Part shown: positions 11,096-22,250 of the stretch, piece after piece | How positions within the stretch are numbered: the first letter of the stretch is position 1 | Layout: every line of letters begins with the position of its first letter | From: Synechococcus sp. | Lineage (GTDB): Bacteria; Cyanobacteriota; Cyanobacteriia; PCC-6307; Cyanobiaceae | Length of the DNA stretch: 64,000 nucleotides | Direction: 5' to 3' | Assembly (NCBI GenBank): GCA_047285535.1 | Contig: JBJBDC010000001.1 | Location: 800,136 to 864,135 of the forward strand | The notes under the pieces: model-generated | The model's input: the letters and a program-made list of their open reading frames with translations, nothing else | What the model was told of the DNA's origin: nothing | Databases searched by the model: none | Program-made: the position numbers and the translations under genes

Positions 11096-11376
11096 GGTTA
11101 CGCCTAAAAAGGCAAATCCTCAAGAGGCTCCCGCGCATTCACCTCAAAACCAATTCGACGCTGCAGCGATGAGCAATAGGCAAAGACATCACTAAGGCAT
11201 TGACGCTCGAAGTGAACAGACGAGGTCCGGATAGAATGACGGCATGACAAGCGGCACAGGTACGACGACAGCTCCAGACGGCCACTCTCAGAAGCTAGAT
11301 ATCCACCTTGCATCATCGGTCACGTCAATGAAAGGAAGAAGTTTGCTGTTCCTCGGCGATCAGAAGAGGGGCAATA

Positions 11377-12747
11377 ATGCTTGATCTGGCTAATCTTGTT
11401 TCTATCTGGGGCCCACCCCAGCGAGGGGATGGAACCCAGCCAAACCTCCAACAACCCTTGGGGCCTGTCTGCACGGATAGCCGCTTGTTGACTCCAGGAG
11501 CCTTTTTCCTGCCCTTACGAGGTGAGCATTTTGATGGCCACTCTTTCCTTGAATCTGCTGTTCAGCAAGGCATCCAGGCTGCAGTTGTGGCCAAAGACAG
11601 CAAAGCACCTGTACCGCACACATTGGTGCATTGGGTTGTAGACGATACCCTCGACGCTTACCAACAGATTGCCCGTTTAGTTCGTCGCAATCTGAACTGC
11701 CATGTTGTGGCTGTCACCGGATCAGCAGGTAAGACGACAACGAGAGAACTGATTCGTGCCGCACTGGCACCGCTTGGAGCCATTCAAGCCAGCATCGGTA
11801 ACAACAACAATGACATTGGCGTACCACTCACATTGCTCGGTGTAGAGGAGCATCACGCCGCAGTGATCGTGGAAATGGGAATGCGAGGACCAGGTGAAAT
11901 TAAACGTTTATCGCTTTGTGCCGAACCACAGATTGCTGTAATTACGAATATCGGCACAGCTCATATCGGCCGTTTGGGGAGTCGCGAGGCGATTGCAGCT
12001 GCCAAATGTGAGATCACTGCTGGGCTCTCAGCTGATGGCCTTGTGGTCATACCAGCTGGGGATCCTCTTTTAGAAGCAGCTTTGGCTCGATCATGGAGCG
12101 GTGCCATTCGGCGTGTAGCGCTATCAGACGATCCAAATCAAACCGGTGTAGACATTGATGATGTTGGATCTTATGACCCCGATTCTGGACAGCTCAACCA
12201 AGCAGATCGTTCATTTTGTTGTCCGCTTGAAGGTCGACACAATGCACGCAATTTCATGCTGGCACTTGCAGTGGCAGAAAGCCTGGGAGTCACACCCGAG
12301 AAGCTTGAACATCTCGAGGTAGAAGTACCAGGAGGACGAAATCGCAAGCTGCAAATCGGCAGATTGTCGATTCTTGATGAGACGTATAACGCCTCCCCAG
12401 AAGCTGTGATTGCAGCCTTGGATTTACTCGCCTCTCAGCCAGGGAGACGTTTTGCTGTACTCGGCACCATGCTGGAGTTAGGTCAAGACAGTGTTCAGCT
12501 GCATAAAGCTGTCGTTGACCATGCCACAGGTCTGGACATTGATGGGCTCGTAGTAGTCGCGACTGGAGACGAAGCGAAAATAATGATGGAAGCTGGCTCA
12601 ACACTCGCCAGGTTTAGGCTTGTGGACAAGCCAGAACTAGCCGCTGAACCGCTGCGGGAATGGCTCAAACCTGACGACACTGTCCTTTTGAAGGCAAGTC
12701 GGGGAATTGAACTGGAACGTTTAATCCCATTTCTACCGCGGTTGTAA
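11377..12747 (+). CDS. murF: UDP-MurNAc-tripeptide:D-Ala-D-Ala ligase
   Basis: TDSR, FDGH, VTGSAGKTTT, NNDIGVP, EMGM, DETYNASP, LLKASRG. Confidence 0.96.
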   Translation: MLDLANLVSIWGPPQRGDGTQPNLQQPLGPVCTDSRLLTPGAFFLPLRGEHFDGHSFLESAVQQGIQAAVVAKDSKAPVPHTLVHWVVDDTLDAYQQIARLVRRNLNCHVVAVTGSAGKTTTRELIRAALAPLGAIQASIGNNNNDIGVPLTLLGVEEHHAAVIVEMGMRGPGEIKRLSLCAEPQIAVITNIGTAHIGRLGSREAIAAAKCEITAGLSADGLVVIPAGDPLLEAALARSWSGAIRRVALSDDPNQTGVDIDDVGSYDPDSGQLNQADRSFCCPLEGRHNARNFMLALAVAESLGVTPEKLEHLEVEVPGGRNRKLQIGRLSILDETYNASPEAVIAALDLLASQPGRRFAVLGTMLELGQDSVQLHKAVVDHATGLDIDGLVVVATGDEAKIMMEAGSTLARFRLVDKPELAAEPLREWLKPDDTVLLKASRGIELERLIPFLPRL

Positions 12748-12748
12748 A

Positions 12749-12943
12749 TCAAGCCGCAGTCTTTACAACAACATGATCTTCACAGCGGATGAGATCAATG
12801 GCGTGGGGGTGATCGTGGATGTAGCGAATGTTTTCCATGGCTAAAACCCTTGCTTCATAAGCATCAGCTGCATAGAAGCACTCTTCCAAGCGATGACTAG
12901 TCGCATCGCGATAACTGACGGTATAGCGCTTTAAATCCGGCAT
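12749..12943 (-). CDS. Small hypothetical protein (64 aa)
   Basis: MPDLKRYTVSYRD...ECFYAADAYEAR..AME...YIHDHPHAIDLI; resembles a small picocyanobacterial family. Confidence 0.65.
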   Translation of the reverse strand: MPDLKRYTVSYRDATSHRLEECFYAADAYEARVLAMENIRYIHDHPHAIDLIRCEDHVVVKTAA

Positions 12944-13085
12944 GGAATGAGAGAGCTGTAGCTCAAAGTTCACGCATGAAAGACCTAAAGCCAAGACCAA
13001 TGTGTGAAAAAAGTGTGTTAATTCAAAACTTCAACACATCACACTGAATTTCAGCTGGAAGATTTCTTGCTTGAGATGAATTGAA

Positions 13086-14429
13086 TTATCGATTCCATCC
13101 GTCTTTCATCTGTTGACGAGCACGTCCAATGGCAAGGGCACCATCTGGAACAGCTTTGGTGATCGTCGAACCGGCTCCGATGGTCACATTCTTTCCGATC
13201 ACCACTGGTGCAACCAAGACGGAATTAGCACCTGTTTTGCTGTTGTCACCAATCACAGTGCGATGTTTACTCGTGCCATCAAAATTAGCGGTGATAGTGC
13301 CAGCCCCTACGTTGACGTTCGAACCCAAATCTGCATCTCCGATGTAACTGAGATGATTGACCTTGCTACCAGCAGCAATCACACTCTTCTTGACCTCTAC
13401 GAAATTTCCAATCCTGCAACTATTGCCGACATCCGCTTGAGGACGCAAATGGGCAAACGGACCCACGGCAACATTGTCACCAATACGTGCATTGCAAATC
13501 ACAGAATACAAAACGGTGACATCATGGCCAAGCTCTGCGTTATCCAGATAACTACCAGGACCTAATCGACAATTATCGCCAACGTGACATGTACCACGAA
13601 GATGGGTTTGTGGTTCGATCACCACGTCGCGCCCAAAACTACAATTTTCGCTAAGTGTACAACTGTCAGGATCCACGAATGTCACACCTTCATCCATCCA
13701 GTACTCACGCAACCTCTGTTGTAAAACGCACTCGCACTGGGCAAGTTGCCTGCGGTTGTTAATTCCGTTCACCTCATCTGGATCACTGACCTCCATCTGC
13801 GTAGCAACATCTAGAAGTTGGACAGTGTCAGTCAGATAAAGCTCACCTTGATCATTATCAGTGGTCAGCTGAGGCAAAACCTGAGCCAATTTCTCCCAAT
13901 TAAAACAATAAATACCAGCGTTAGTAAGATTATTTAAGCGTTGTTCTTCACTGCAATCACGATGTTCAACGATGCCGGTAACCCGGCCACCGGCATCAGT
14001 GAATACACGGCCATATCCCGTTGGATCATCAAGTCGCGCGGTCAGCAAGGTCACATCGGCATGGCTAGTGCGATGGTGACGAACCAAGGCATCAATCGTT
14101 TCTGCCCGCAACAAAGGAACATCACCGTTCAGGACAAGCAACTCTCCTTGAAATCCCTGGAGAGGATCGAGAAGTTGCTGTACAGCGTGACCTGTTCCGT
14201 TTTGAGGTTGTTGTAAGACAAATTCAAGCCCGGAAATGGAGCTGAGCTGCTGTTCCACCCGCTCCGCTTGATGGCCGACAATGAGCAGACGGCGCTCTGG
14301 GCCGAGATGACGGGCACTAGCAAGCACGCGTTCCACCAGGGTCGCACCCGCTAAAGGCTGCAAAACTTTTGGAAGGGAGCTCTTCATGCGGGTGCCTTTC
14401 CCAGCAGCTAGAACCGCAACAGCGAGCAT
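13086..14429 (-). CDS. glmU: Bifunctional UDP-GlcNAc pyrophosphorylase / GlcN-1-P acetyltransferase
   Basis: [17 protein letters not shown], hexapeptide repeats, HLSYIGDA. Confidence 0.97.
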   Translation of the reverse strand: MLAVAVLAAGKGTRMKSSLPKVLQPLAGATLVERVLASARHLGPERRLLIVGHQAERVEQQLSSISGLEFVLQQPQNGTGHAVQQLLDPLQGFQGELLVLNGDVPLLRAETIDALVRHHRTSHADVTLLTARLDDPTGYGRVFTDAGGRVTGIVEHRDCSEEQRLNNLTNAGIYCFNWEKLAQVLPQLTTDNDQGELYLTDTVQLLDVATQMEVSDPDEVNGINNRRQLAQCECVLQQRLREYWMDEGVTFVDPDSCTLSENCSFGRDVVIEPQTHLRGTCHVGDNCRLGPGSYLDNAELGHDVTVLYSVICNARIGDNVAVGPFAHLRPQADVGNSCRIGNFVEVKKSVIAAGSKVNHLSYIGDADLGSNVNVGAGTITANFDGTSKHRTVIGDNSKTGANSVLVAPVVIGKNVTIGAGSTITKAVPDGALAIGRARQQMKDGWNR

Positions 14430-15179
14430 GCGAAGTGTGCAAGTCGGCAGAAATCTACCGGGAGATGCTCCTTATGGGTACTCAAATGGCTGCTGTCTCT
14501 TAAAACCACTGACATGGAAATCAGTTGTTTGTTATTGAAAGCTCTTACATAGTGCATGCGGAGCTTGCAGACACTGAATCAGCAGCTGAAACATTGAACG
14601 ATGCCTTCCACCACGACTGACAACAAAACAGGCAGCAGCGACAACACACTCCCAGACGCACGACACGTAGACCAACAAACAAGTTAAGTAGCAACCATGA
14701 TTATTTGCAGCTACTAAAATCATCAGACACTTTAGGGTGATATATCCTTCGTCGGATTGAAGCCAGCCAAAGCCATCCTGAGTGCCATTGGCTTTGAGCC
14801 CACCTGGCTCCTTATAGCGCACCTCAGTGTTCAGATCATTGAATACCGAACAAGCACCAGAAGAAGGTCCATGAAGCAATGGTGTTCACAAAATAACGAG
14901 CAGAATCTTGCGAATCACGAACGACCTCAATCAAACCCAATAGCTCCTTGCCTTTAATCATTAATCCGGATAAGCAGCATCAATGTCAGCGAATCAGTTG
15001 CAATAAAATCAAACCGATGGATATCAATAATTCAAATACAATTCAAACAATGAGCGACTAAATCTTATAGATCAATTCCAGCAGGGATCTAACAATGATC
15101 AAGCTCACGAAAAACCACACTGATCAAAAAGTCATACCCATGGGTCCCAAACCATAGGCCCAGTCCATGGGGATTAAGG

Positions 15180-16112
15180 CTATCGAACCAACTTCCACTT
15201 TCTCTGCCAAGCGCTTGTACTCGGTCGATTCGAAAGGGCCTGTTCCTTTTCACGTCGTTTGAAGATCAAAACCGAATCGTCCCTCCCCGTGGGATCCCTG
15301 TAAGGCACACCAGCAAGAGTCTCCAAATGCTCTTGTTCCATCACACTTAAAGTTCGCCAACCAGGACCTGTCTCTGGCAAGGAGTGGACCGGCTCAGGAC
15401 AACAGGCCATGGTCCCTGAGCTCCAAGCCTTTCCCACTCCTGGGATCGGAAGCAATGAGCGCAACTCAAGACCCGCGTGACACAAGCTGTTGCGAACCGC
15501 TGCCGCACGGCAATAGGTCAGTAATCGTCCACCTGGCACGAGAAAATCAGCCAAGTGATGCAGAAACTGTTCAGTCCAGAGCTGAGGGCATTTTCCTGGT
15601 GAAAATGCATCCAAAAAGATCAAATCAAACTGCAGATCTGATTGCAGTGTTCGAATCTGTTGGCGTGCATCACCCCAGAGCATCTGGAACGATCGTCGAT
15701 GCTGCGGAGCTTGCCAACATCCATGGTTCAAAATGTCCGTGAGCGCACTCAAGACATCATCTGGCCAAAGCGACTTGAATCCCGGCTCTGCGAGAGCCAG
15801 CTTGAGAGGGCGATGATCGAGTTCCAGCCCCCAGCATTCAAGCGCTGGTCCCGGAGCGAAGGGGAGAGCAACCAGCATTGCAGCGGTGTTGTATCCCAAG
15901 CCAAAGCAAACATCAAGAACACGAACCCGTTGGCTCGGAGCAAAGCGTTCAAGTTGGGCCGGTAAGACGAACTTGCTGTTGGCTTCATGGAGAGCACCCG
16001 CAGAACTGTGGAAGCGTTCCTGAAAACGATTGCTGTAAAGACTGAAACTGCCGTCCTCTGTGAGATGTGGACTCAGCCCTCCGGTTTCAATGGCGTAGTC
16101 GCTCAAGGTCAT
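15180..16112 (-). CDS. MnmC/MnmD-type SAM-dependent tRNA methyltransferase
   Basis: [10 protein letters not shown]...[19 protein letters not shown]...PQLW. Confidence 0.85.
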   Translation of the reverse strand: MTLSDYAIETGGLSPHLTEDGSFSLYSNRFQERFHSSAGALHEANSKFVLPAQLERFAPSQRVRVLDVCFGLGYNTAAMLVALPFAPGPALECWGLELDHRPLKLALAEPGFKSLWPDDVLSALTDILNHGCWQAPQHRRSFQMLWGDARQQIRTLQSDLQFDLIFLDAFSPGKCPQLWTEQFLHHLADFLVPGGRLLTYCRAAAVRNSLCHAGLELRSLLPIPGVGKAWSSGTMACCPEPVHSLPETGPGWRTLSVMEQEHLETLAGVPYRDPTGRDDSVLIFKRREKEQALSNRPSTSAWQRKWKLVR

Positions 16113-17406
16113 CCCAGAATGTTGGATAGCTCACGGCCGCTGCTTCACTACGCGCCAGTGTTGAATCACCATCGGCCATCAAGCTTGCAACAGCAAGACT
16201 CATCGCAACACGATGATCTGTTTCGCTATCCAATTCCGTTCCTTTCAACGATTGACCACCTCGGATCGTGAGGCCATCTGGATGTTCCTCAATGTCGGCA
16301 CCCATCGCTTTGAGCTGACGTGCCATGACGGCAAGTCGATCCGTCTCTTTCACACGAAGTTCTGCAGCACCACTGATACGACTTTCTCCATCACAAAAAC
16401 AAGCCGCCACACACAGAATCGGCACTTCATCAATGAGGCGGGGCATAATCTCCGCTCCAAATTGAAAAGGTTTCAATGGACCATGGGTCACCTCTAAATC
16501 TCCAACAGGTTCGCCCGCCACATCACGACGATTCAATACATGGATTGAAGCGCCCATCATGTCCAGCACCTCAAGAATCCCCGTACGGGTGGGATTTAAT
16601 CCCACATTTTCAACGGTGATCTTGGCTTCTGGAACGAGGGCACCAGCTACAAGCCAAAAAGCCGCCGAACTGATGTCACCAGGTACAACAACATGTTGTC
16701 CGGTCAATGTCGCGCCAGGGCGAACCATGATGTGACGTCCCATCTCACCTCCGACTTCGAGGTCTGCACCAAAGGCTCTGAGCATCCGCTCGCTGTGATC
16801 ACGGGACGGTGCAGGTTCAATCACGCTGGTGCTGCCCTCTGCGGTGAGAGCTGCCAGCAAAATAGCCGATTTCACCTGGGCACTGGCCACAGGAGTACCA
16901 ACTACAGCGCCCTTGAGCTTTTGGCCCTGCACAGCGATCGGAGCCAAATTGCCATGATCCCTGCCGCGGACTTCGGCTCCCAGTACCGATAAAGGCTGCC
17001 CAACCCTTTTCATAGGCCGACGGCGCAATGAAGCATCTCCAGTCAGTACAAAATGACGCCCTTCACGGCCGGCCAATAGGCCAAGCATCAGCCTCATTGT
17101 GGTTCCAGAGTTGCCGCAATCCAGTAGGTCGTCGGGCTCCTGCAGGCCATCCAGCCCCACTCCTTTTACGGTCACAAGTCCATCCGTCGTGATGGGCGAA
17201 ATCGTTGTACCCATCAAGCGCAGACAAGCTGCCGTACTGATTGGATCTTCTGCAGGCAAAAGTCCTTCAATGGTGGTCGTACCTTCCGCGATCGCACCGA
17301 ACAGCAAAGCTCGATGAGAAATTGATTTATCTCCTGGAACGCGTACTCGGCCACTCAAACTGCCACCTACCTTCAGATCCCTGGGAGAGCCATTTGATCC
17401 GGACAC
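16087..17406 (-). CDS. aroA: EPSP synthase
   Basis: [50 protein letters not shown] start inferred. Confidence 0.97.
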   Translation of the reverse strand: MSGSNGSPRDLKVGGSLSGRVRVPGDKSISHRALLFGAIAEGTTTIEGLLPAEDPISTAACLRLMGTTISPITTDGLVTVKGVGLDGLQEPDDLLDCGNSGTTMRLMLGLLAGREGRHFVLTGDASLRRRPMKRVGQPLSVLGAEVRGRDHGNLAPIAVQGQKLKGAVVGTPVASAQVKSAILLAALTAEGSTSVIEPAPSRDHSERMLRAFGADLEVGGEMGRHIMVRPGATLTGQHVVVPGDISSAAFWLVAGALVPEAKITVENVGLNPTRTGILEVLDMMGASIHVLNRRDVAGEPVGDLEVTHGPLKPFQFGAEIMPRLIDEVPILCVAACFCDGESRISGAAELRVKETDRLAVMARQLKAMGADIEEHPDGLTIRGGQSLKGTELDSETDHRVAMSLAVASLMADGDSTLARSEAAAVSYPTFWDDLERLRH

Positions 17407-18338
17407 CGTTGAACAGCCGCTTTTGGATAAAAACGATCCTATTGGCTGGCTCTTCAAATTCTCTTCTCGAGAGCTGAGATGTCAGCAAGGCCATATTGAA
17501 GCCACAGGCACAACAAGAGATTCGAGAGAGGTGAGAAAAAGCAACACGTAACTGAAACCAAATCCTTGAGGTAATCGCAAAAAGATGAGCCCTTCAGCAA
17601 AATCCGAGGCAGCGACAACCCTTACACATTGAAAACAGAAACCAATACATTCCCACAAGAAAACACGAAAAGCCAAACAGACATTAAAAGGACAATCAAG
17701 GCAAACCCAAAACAACAATGAGCCAATGATCAACCAAGAACAACCCAACATTGAAAGCGAATAGAGAACACGACAGAAAAAGCAATATCAAAAACCAACG
17801 TACTCATAAGAAAGCAAAAAGCTCTAGAGAGATTGGACAAAATATTACTAGTCAATCCCATTGACAGCGTTGAATCCCAAAGCGCAAAAGGCATAAATTC
17901 CAGCCTGATTCTGTGTTCAAAACCAGAATCCTCAGACGCTCTGCGCAATTAGAGCGAAGAATCATCTCCATTAGCAAATCAATCTTTAATCGCGCTACTA
18001 TCAAAAGGAAAGACAACATAAAAGCGGCAGTGGCAATGACATGAACTGCGAGTGATCACCCTGGAAAGCATGAAACAAGCTTGCCCCCTGAACCATCGCC
18101 TAGAGCCATCAAACCCTGCAGCACTGGCCAAGACAAGACCATTAGAAAAACTCCCGAGCAACAGCTTCAGTCAAAGGGAAGAAAACAAAAATTGATTAAG
18201 TCAGCGAAAAAATTGCTATAAAGCGTGAGCGCCTCGCGGGTTTAACCAAGCATCATTCAATAATGAATCATCAAGGGAAAGGGCTTATTGAATCTATCAA
18301 TACAAAGCCAAGAGGCTGGGATCATTGTCATGCATGAA

Positions 18339-18491
18339 TTAACTGCGTCCACACCGACAATGGCCACCTCTCCACTTTGAACATTTTGATTTTTTACAAC
18401 CTTTTTTCTTACTGAATTGGCTTTTGACAGCCAAACGCTTGGTGGCTTTATCAATGCCTAGGATTTCCTTCGCATTTTGAAGACGTGTCAT
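18339..18491 (-). CDS. 50-aa basic Cys-rich peptide (below the ORF-track cutoff)
   Basis: MTRLQNAKEILGIDKATKRLAVKSQFSKKKGCKKSKCSKWRGGHCRCGRS*; TATAAT -10 at 18522-18517. Confidence 0.6.
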   Translation of the reverse strand: MTRLQNAKEILGIDKATKRLAVKSQFSKKKGCKKSKCSKWRGGHCRCGRS

Positions 18492-18501
18492 ATGATGAAT
18501 C

Positions 18502-18522
18502 TCAAGATTCAATCTCATTATA
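18502..18522 (-). promoter_or_regulatory. -10 box overlapping a Fur-like box
   Basis: Minus strand TATAATGAGATTGAATCTTGA; imperfect 7-1-7 match, similar to the boxes at 20074-20130. Confidence 0.5.
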
Positions 18523-18623
18523 CAGGGTCAAAAGTGCAATGGTTCAAAGACAATTCCCTTGGACGCATTAGCAAAAAAAATCAATAATCTCGATGTGCCA
18601 TATGATTCAAGAAAGTGTCTGAA

Positions 18624-19199
18624 ATGATCGCTCCCAGTCCCGCACCAGGAATTTCAAAAGGCGTTTTGCTTGGCCCCCATGGCAGAGCGCTAGCAGAATC
18701 GAAGAACGTTGATCTGCTTACCGCTCTTCAAGAACACATCACCATAGAAAGATAGGCCTCCGTCAATGATCTAGCCATGTCGATCTGGTGTGGAGAGCAA
18801 GAGCTTGCAGGTTTTTGCCAATTTTTTGATTCTGAAGCGAAGAGCTTCAAAGTCACGTCGTTAACCTTACTCAGTATTTAATAGCAAGAGATCAGTCGAA
18901 TGCGCTGCGGTGACTCAATGCTCCTCGACACGCATCGAACGATTTAGCCTCGTTACTCGAGATAGCATTTCAGATCGAAGCTGACACTACATCTTTCATT
19001 GAAAGCTCTATAGGCAATGGCGGAAAGAAACAGTGATATGAGAACGATCGTTTTCCTGGACCCATTGGTTAAAGCTCAAATCGAATCAGAAGATCAGTTG
19101 GCTACCTTATTAGGTCACGTTAGCTTTGCAAAAGGGGACCCAGCGGCTCTGCCTGACATTGATAACGCATTACGAACAGGTCAGGCTCAAAGAGGCTGA
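18624..19199 (+). pseudogene. ftn: Ferritin pseudogene
   Basis: Reconstructed as MIAPSPAPG...[65 protein letters not shown]...[47 protein letters not shown]; stops at 18753 and 18911, frameshifts near 18846 and ~19010. Confidence 0.85.
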
Positions 19200-19457
19200 A
19201 CGTCGTGCCGCTCGCTTGCTTTGCTCATAAAGCAAACTTGAACCGATAGTTAAACGCCTCAAATTTAAAAAGATTGCTGATTGATGTAATGCCATCAATC
19301 TTTCGTGAACTCCCAGAAGATCTTTGCTCAATCTTTCGCGGAGTTTTGGATTAATGGAATTGAGGATTCGTTCAAATGCTTTACCTTGATAATTGGAAAG
19401 ATGTTCAATTTCCTTGCTCAAGGCCAAAACTAAGCAATCGCTTGAATGTTGGTTCAT
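19170..19457 (-). CDS. Hypothetical protein co-oriented with the Crp regulator
   Basis: 95-aa ORF starting 5 bp after the regulator's stop codon. Confidence 0.6.
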   Translation of the reverse strand: MNQHSSDCLVLALSKEIEHLSNYQGKAFERILNSINPKLRERLSKDLLGVHERLMALHQSAIFLNLRRLTIGSSLLYEQSKRAARRSASLSLTCS

Positions 19458-19462
19458 GACAT

Positions 19463-20056
19463 CTAAAAGCCTAATGGACTTGATTCAATCAATCTTGGAG
19501 AGAGTTTCATTGATGCTTCACCTGAACTCGTCACGAGCAGATCGCCGTTACGAAGCTTGGAAATTAGGCGTGTAGACGTGACCCTTGTAGAGCCAATGAG
19601 TTCTCCAATACGATCATGAGTGAGGCGGAATGGCAAATTGCACCATTCGCCATATCGTTTGCCCAACCTGTTAACGAGAAGGCTGAGCAAAGCATGCAGA
19701 CGCTGTTCCGCCTGACCCAAATGCCGAATTCTTAAAAGTTGCAAGGTCCATTCATTCACAGAGTCATACCCGTTGGGAGATGGCTCCAAGGATTTGGTTT
19801 CGATCCTCAAAGGGGTCATGGCCTCAACGCAGATGCCATCGCTGCAAAGGCAATCAGTTCTTAGCTGATCTCCGGTTTGCAAAAAAGCAAGTGTCATACC
19901 TTCTGTTTCCTCACATGGGCAATAAACCCTGGCAATTCCTTCGAGCACATTCAATTTCATGCACTCGCTACGTCCGTGTGTATCAACAAGAACAGTCTGG
20001 CCGGTTGGGATCTGAATCGATGACGTCGGGTCATCTGGCAGGAAGCGGAAGCTCAC
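19463..20056 (-). CDS. Crp/Fnr-family regulator (iron-stress type)
   Basis: EGIARVY...MTLAFL; HTH LTHDRIGELIGSTRVTSTRLI; iron-cluster context. Confidence 0.88.
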   Translation of the reverse strand: MSFRFLPDDPTSSIQIPTGQTVLVDTHGRSECMKLNVLEGIARVYCPCEETEGMTLAFLQTGDQLRTDCLCSDGICVEAMTPLRIETKSLEPSPNGYDSVNEWTLQLLRIRHLGQAEQRLHALLSLLVNRLGKRYGEWCNLPFRLTHDRIGELIGSTRVTSTRLISKLRNGDLLVTSSGEASMKLSPRLIESSPLGF

Positions 20057-20073
20057 GGAAAGTCTTAATCGCT

Positions 20074-20130
20074 AATGAGAATTGATAGCAACATACACAG
20101 AACCAGGGCTTTATGCAATCGATTCTCAAT
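20074..20130. promoter_or_regulatory. Two Fur-like boxes in the divergent Crp/porin intergenic region
   Basis: AATGAGAATTGATAGCAA (20074-20091) and ATGCAATCGATTCTCAAT (20113-20130), each with a TGAGAAT half-site. Confidence 0.6.
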
Positions 20131-20521
20131 AGCGTTATCTTGTTGATTCTGGTAAGTGCTGATTCGCATGCACTTGAAAGCAGCCAAATCGGAACCCACT
20201 GCTCAAGCAAAGGCAGTCAGAGACTGCTTTGAGCCATGAATTCGAAAACATTTGAGTTTGTTCTGTGTTATCGACTCAAAAGATATGCAGGCTTGAACAG
20301 TCATAGTTTCAACATCCAGACAATGGATGAAAAGCCTGAACAAACGAGAAGGAACAAAGAGAGCAGATCAATCCGTATCAAATGATATGCGTCTGCATAC
20401 CAATTGACAGGCAAGTCTGTATATGAATCCACAGGTGTTGTCTTCTTTTGAGCGGAGAAGATTTTGCCTGGAGCTTAAGATTCGCTCGACGCATTTTGCG
20501 TCTTCTTGTGTGAGGTTTAAT

Positions 20522-20956
20522 TTGAAACTATTTCGCAAACTGCTGGTGGCCCCAGCGGCTCTGGGTCTTCTGGCCCCTATGGCTGCAAACGCCACTGAGC
20601 TGAACATCAACGGTGTGTCTGACTACACCGCCACTGGTGAGCAAGTCACCAGCATCACTCAGTTTTCTGATGTGTACCCCACGGATTGGGCCTATCAGGC
20701 ACTGAGCAACCTGATCGAGCGCTACGGCTGCGTCGCTGGATACCCCAACGGCACCTACCGCGGCAACAGGGCGATGACCCGCTTTGAAGCGGCGGCTCTG
20801 TTGAACGCCTGTCTCGATCGCGTCACCGAAGTGACCGACGAACTCAAGCGCTTGATGAAAGAGTTCGAGAAGGAACTCGCCATCCTCAAGGGCCGTGTGG
20901 ACGGACTGGAAGCCCGTGTTGGTGAACTGGAAGCCACTCAGTTCTCCACCACCACC
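20522..20956 (+). repeat. Copy 1 of a 435-bp inverted repeat (porin 5' region)
   Basis: Codon-by-codon comparison with 43974-43540: about 16 silent or start-codon differences. Confidence 0.9.
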
Positions 20957-22135
20957 AAGCTCACCGGTAAGGCTGAGTTCACAATTGGTGCCACCTCCTA
21001 CGGTGGTGACAAAACAAACAAATTGTTTGACCCTAAAACTGGGGAGTACTTAGGTGATGACGGCACAGTTTTCTCCTATCGCACCACCCTCAATCTAAAC
21101 ACCAGTTTTACGGGTAAGGATTTACTCTATACGCGCTTAAGAACGGGTAACTTCAACGACAACACATTCTCAGGCAAAGGTTACACCAAAAGCCAGAGTC
21201 AAATTGAAGCTTCGAAGAGTAGTGCTAATAGTCTGAAAGTCGACAAGCTTTGGTATCAATTCCCTCTCGGAAGTGACTTCCAGGTATTTGTCGGTCCCCT
21301 CATCGAAAACTATTACATGCTGGCTGCCACTCCAGGCGTGTATAAGCATGTGCTTAAACAGTTCAAGCTCGGTGGCTATTACGGAGCCTACGGCGCCAGT
21401 ACATCACCAGGTGCTGGTATCAACTGGATCAGCAATAGAAATTCTAATTTCAGTGATCCCAAGTTCAAAGTCAGCGTCAACTATGTGGCCAAGAACGGCA
21501 TGAAGAGTGATGCCCGTAATGGTGGTATTGGTGCAGACGGTTCAAAAGGTAAGTTCCTGAGCCAAATCGCCTACGGAACTCCGGCATGGCAAGTGTCAGC
21601 AGCTTATGCCTATTCTCAGAAGGGCATGACTGTAGGTGGTGGTGGTACTCCACTTGGCAAAGCCACCGGTGACTTTGCTGATGCCAATCAGTTCAATCTG
21701 AATGCGTACTATCAGCCCCTGGATTCAGGATGGATCCCAAGCATCAGCGTTGGCTGGAGTCTCACAAGTTTCAATCTGGAAAAAGGTGCTGCCAATGGCA
21801 CTCGTAATCAAGCCCAAGGTTGGCTTGTGGGCCTGAACTGGAAAGATGCCTTCATGCGTGGCAATCGTCTAGGATTTGCTGCTGGTCAACCACAGTTTGT
21901 CACTGGAGTTAAGGGTCAGGGCAAAAACGGCCAGAAGTATGCAGATGATGGCAACTATGCTTTCGAACTGTATTACGACTTCCAAGTCACCGATAACATT
22001 ACATTGACCCCAGCCCTCTTTTACTTGAGTCGTCCCTTCGGCGAAAGAACTGGAGATAGCGGAAAGTATGGTGGTAAGGGTGCTGACACCTTCAACACCT
22101 TCGGTGGTCTATTGCTGACGACATTTAAGTTCTAA
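20522..22135 (+). CDS. som: Som-type outer-membrane porin (SLH + beta-barrel), iron cluster
   Basis: TTG start, signal peptide, FSDVYPTDWAYQAL SLH domain, coiled coil, C-terminal TTFKF; GTGTGAGG at 20508. Confidence 0.93.
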   Translation: MKLFRKLLVAPAALGLLAPMAANATELNINGVSDYTATGEQVTSITQFSDVYPTDWAYQALSNLIERYGCVAGYPNGTYRGNRAMTRFEAAALLNACLDRVTEVTDELKRLMKEFEKELAILKGRVDGLEARVGELEATQFSTTTKLTGKAEFTIGATSYGGDKTNKLFDPKTGEYLGDDGTVFSYRTTLNLNTSFTGKDLLYTRLRTGNFNDNTFSGKGYTKSQSQIEASKSSANSLKVDKLWYQFPLGSDFQVFVGPLIENYYMLAATPGVYKHVLKQFKLGGYYGAYGASTSPGAGINWISNRNSNFSDPKFKVSVNYVAKNGMKSDARNGGIGADGSKGKFLSQIAYGTPAWQVSAAYAYSQKGMTVGGGGTPLGKATGDFADANQFNLNAYYQPLDSGWIPSISVGWSLTSFNLEKGAANGTRNQAQGWLVGLNWKDAFMRGNRLGFAAGQPQFVTGVKGQGKNGQKYADDGNYAFELYYDFQVTDNITLTPALFYLSRPFGERTGDSGKYGGKGADTFNTFGGLLLTTFKF

Positions 22136-22164
22136 ACACTTAATCGCCACTTGATTGAATCGAA

Positions 22165-22193
22165 GGAGGGTAACACTACCCTCCATTTTTTTT
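22165..22193 (+). terminator. Intrinsic terminator of the porin gene
   Basis: GGAGGGTA-ACAC-TACCCTCC followed by ATTTTTTTT. Confidence 0.85.
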
Positions 22194-22200
22194 GCCAAGG

Positions 22201-22223
22201 AAAAGGGGGTCATCAGACCCCCT
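22201..22223 (-). terminator. Intrinsic terminator of the secreted-peptide gene
   Basis: AGGGGGTC-ATCA-GACCCCCT preceded by an A run on the plus strand. Confidence 0.7.
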
Positions 22224-22250
22224 CCGTTGATTCGTATAAGGCAATTTGAA

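Noticed and set aside
19017..19199. Standalone 60-aa gene
   Set aside because: It is the C-terminal fragment of the ferritin pseudogene
20423..20521. N-terminal extension of the porin in the ORF track
   Set aside because: The paralog starts at MKLFRK; RBS-like motif and signal peptide fit the TTG at 20522
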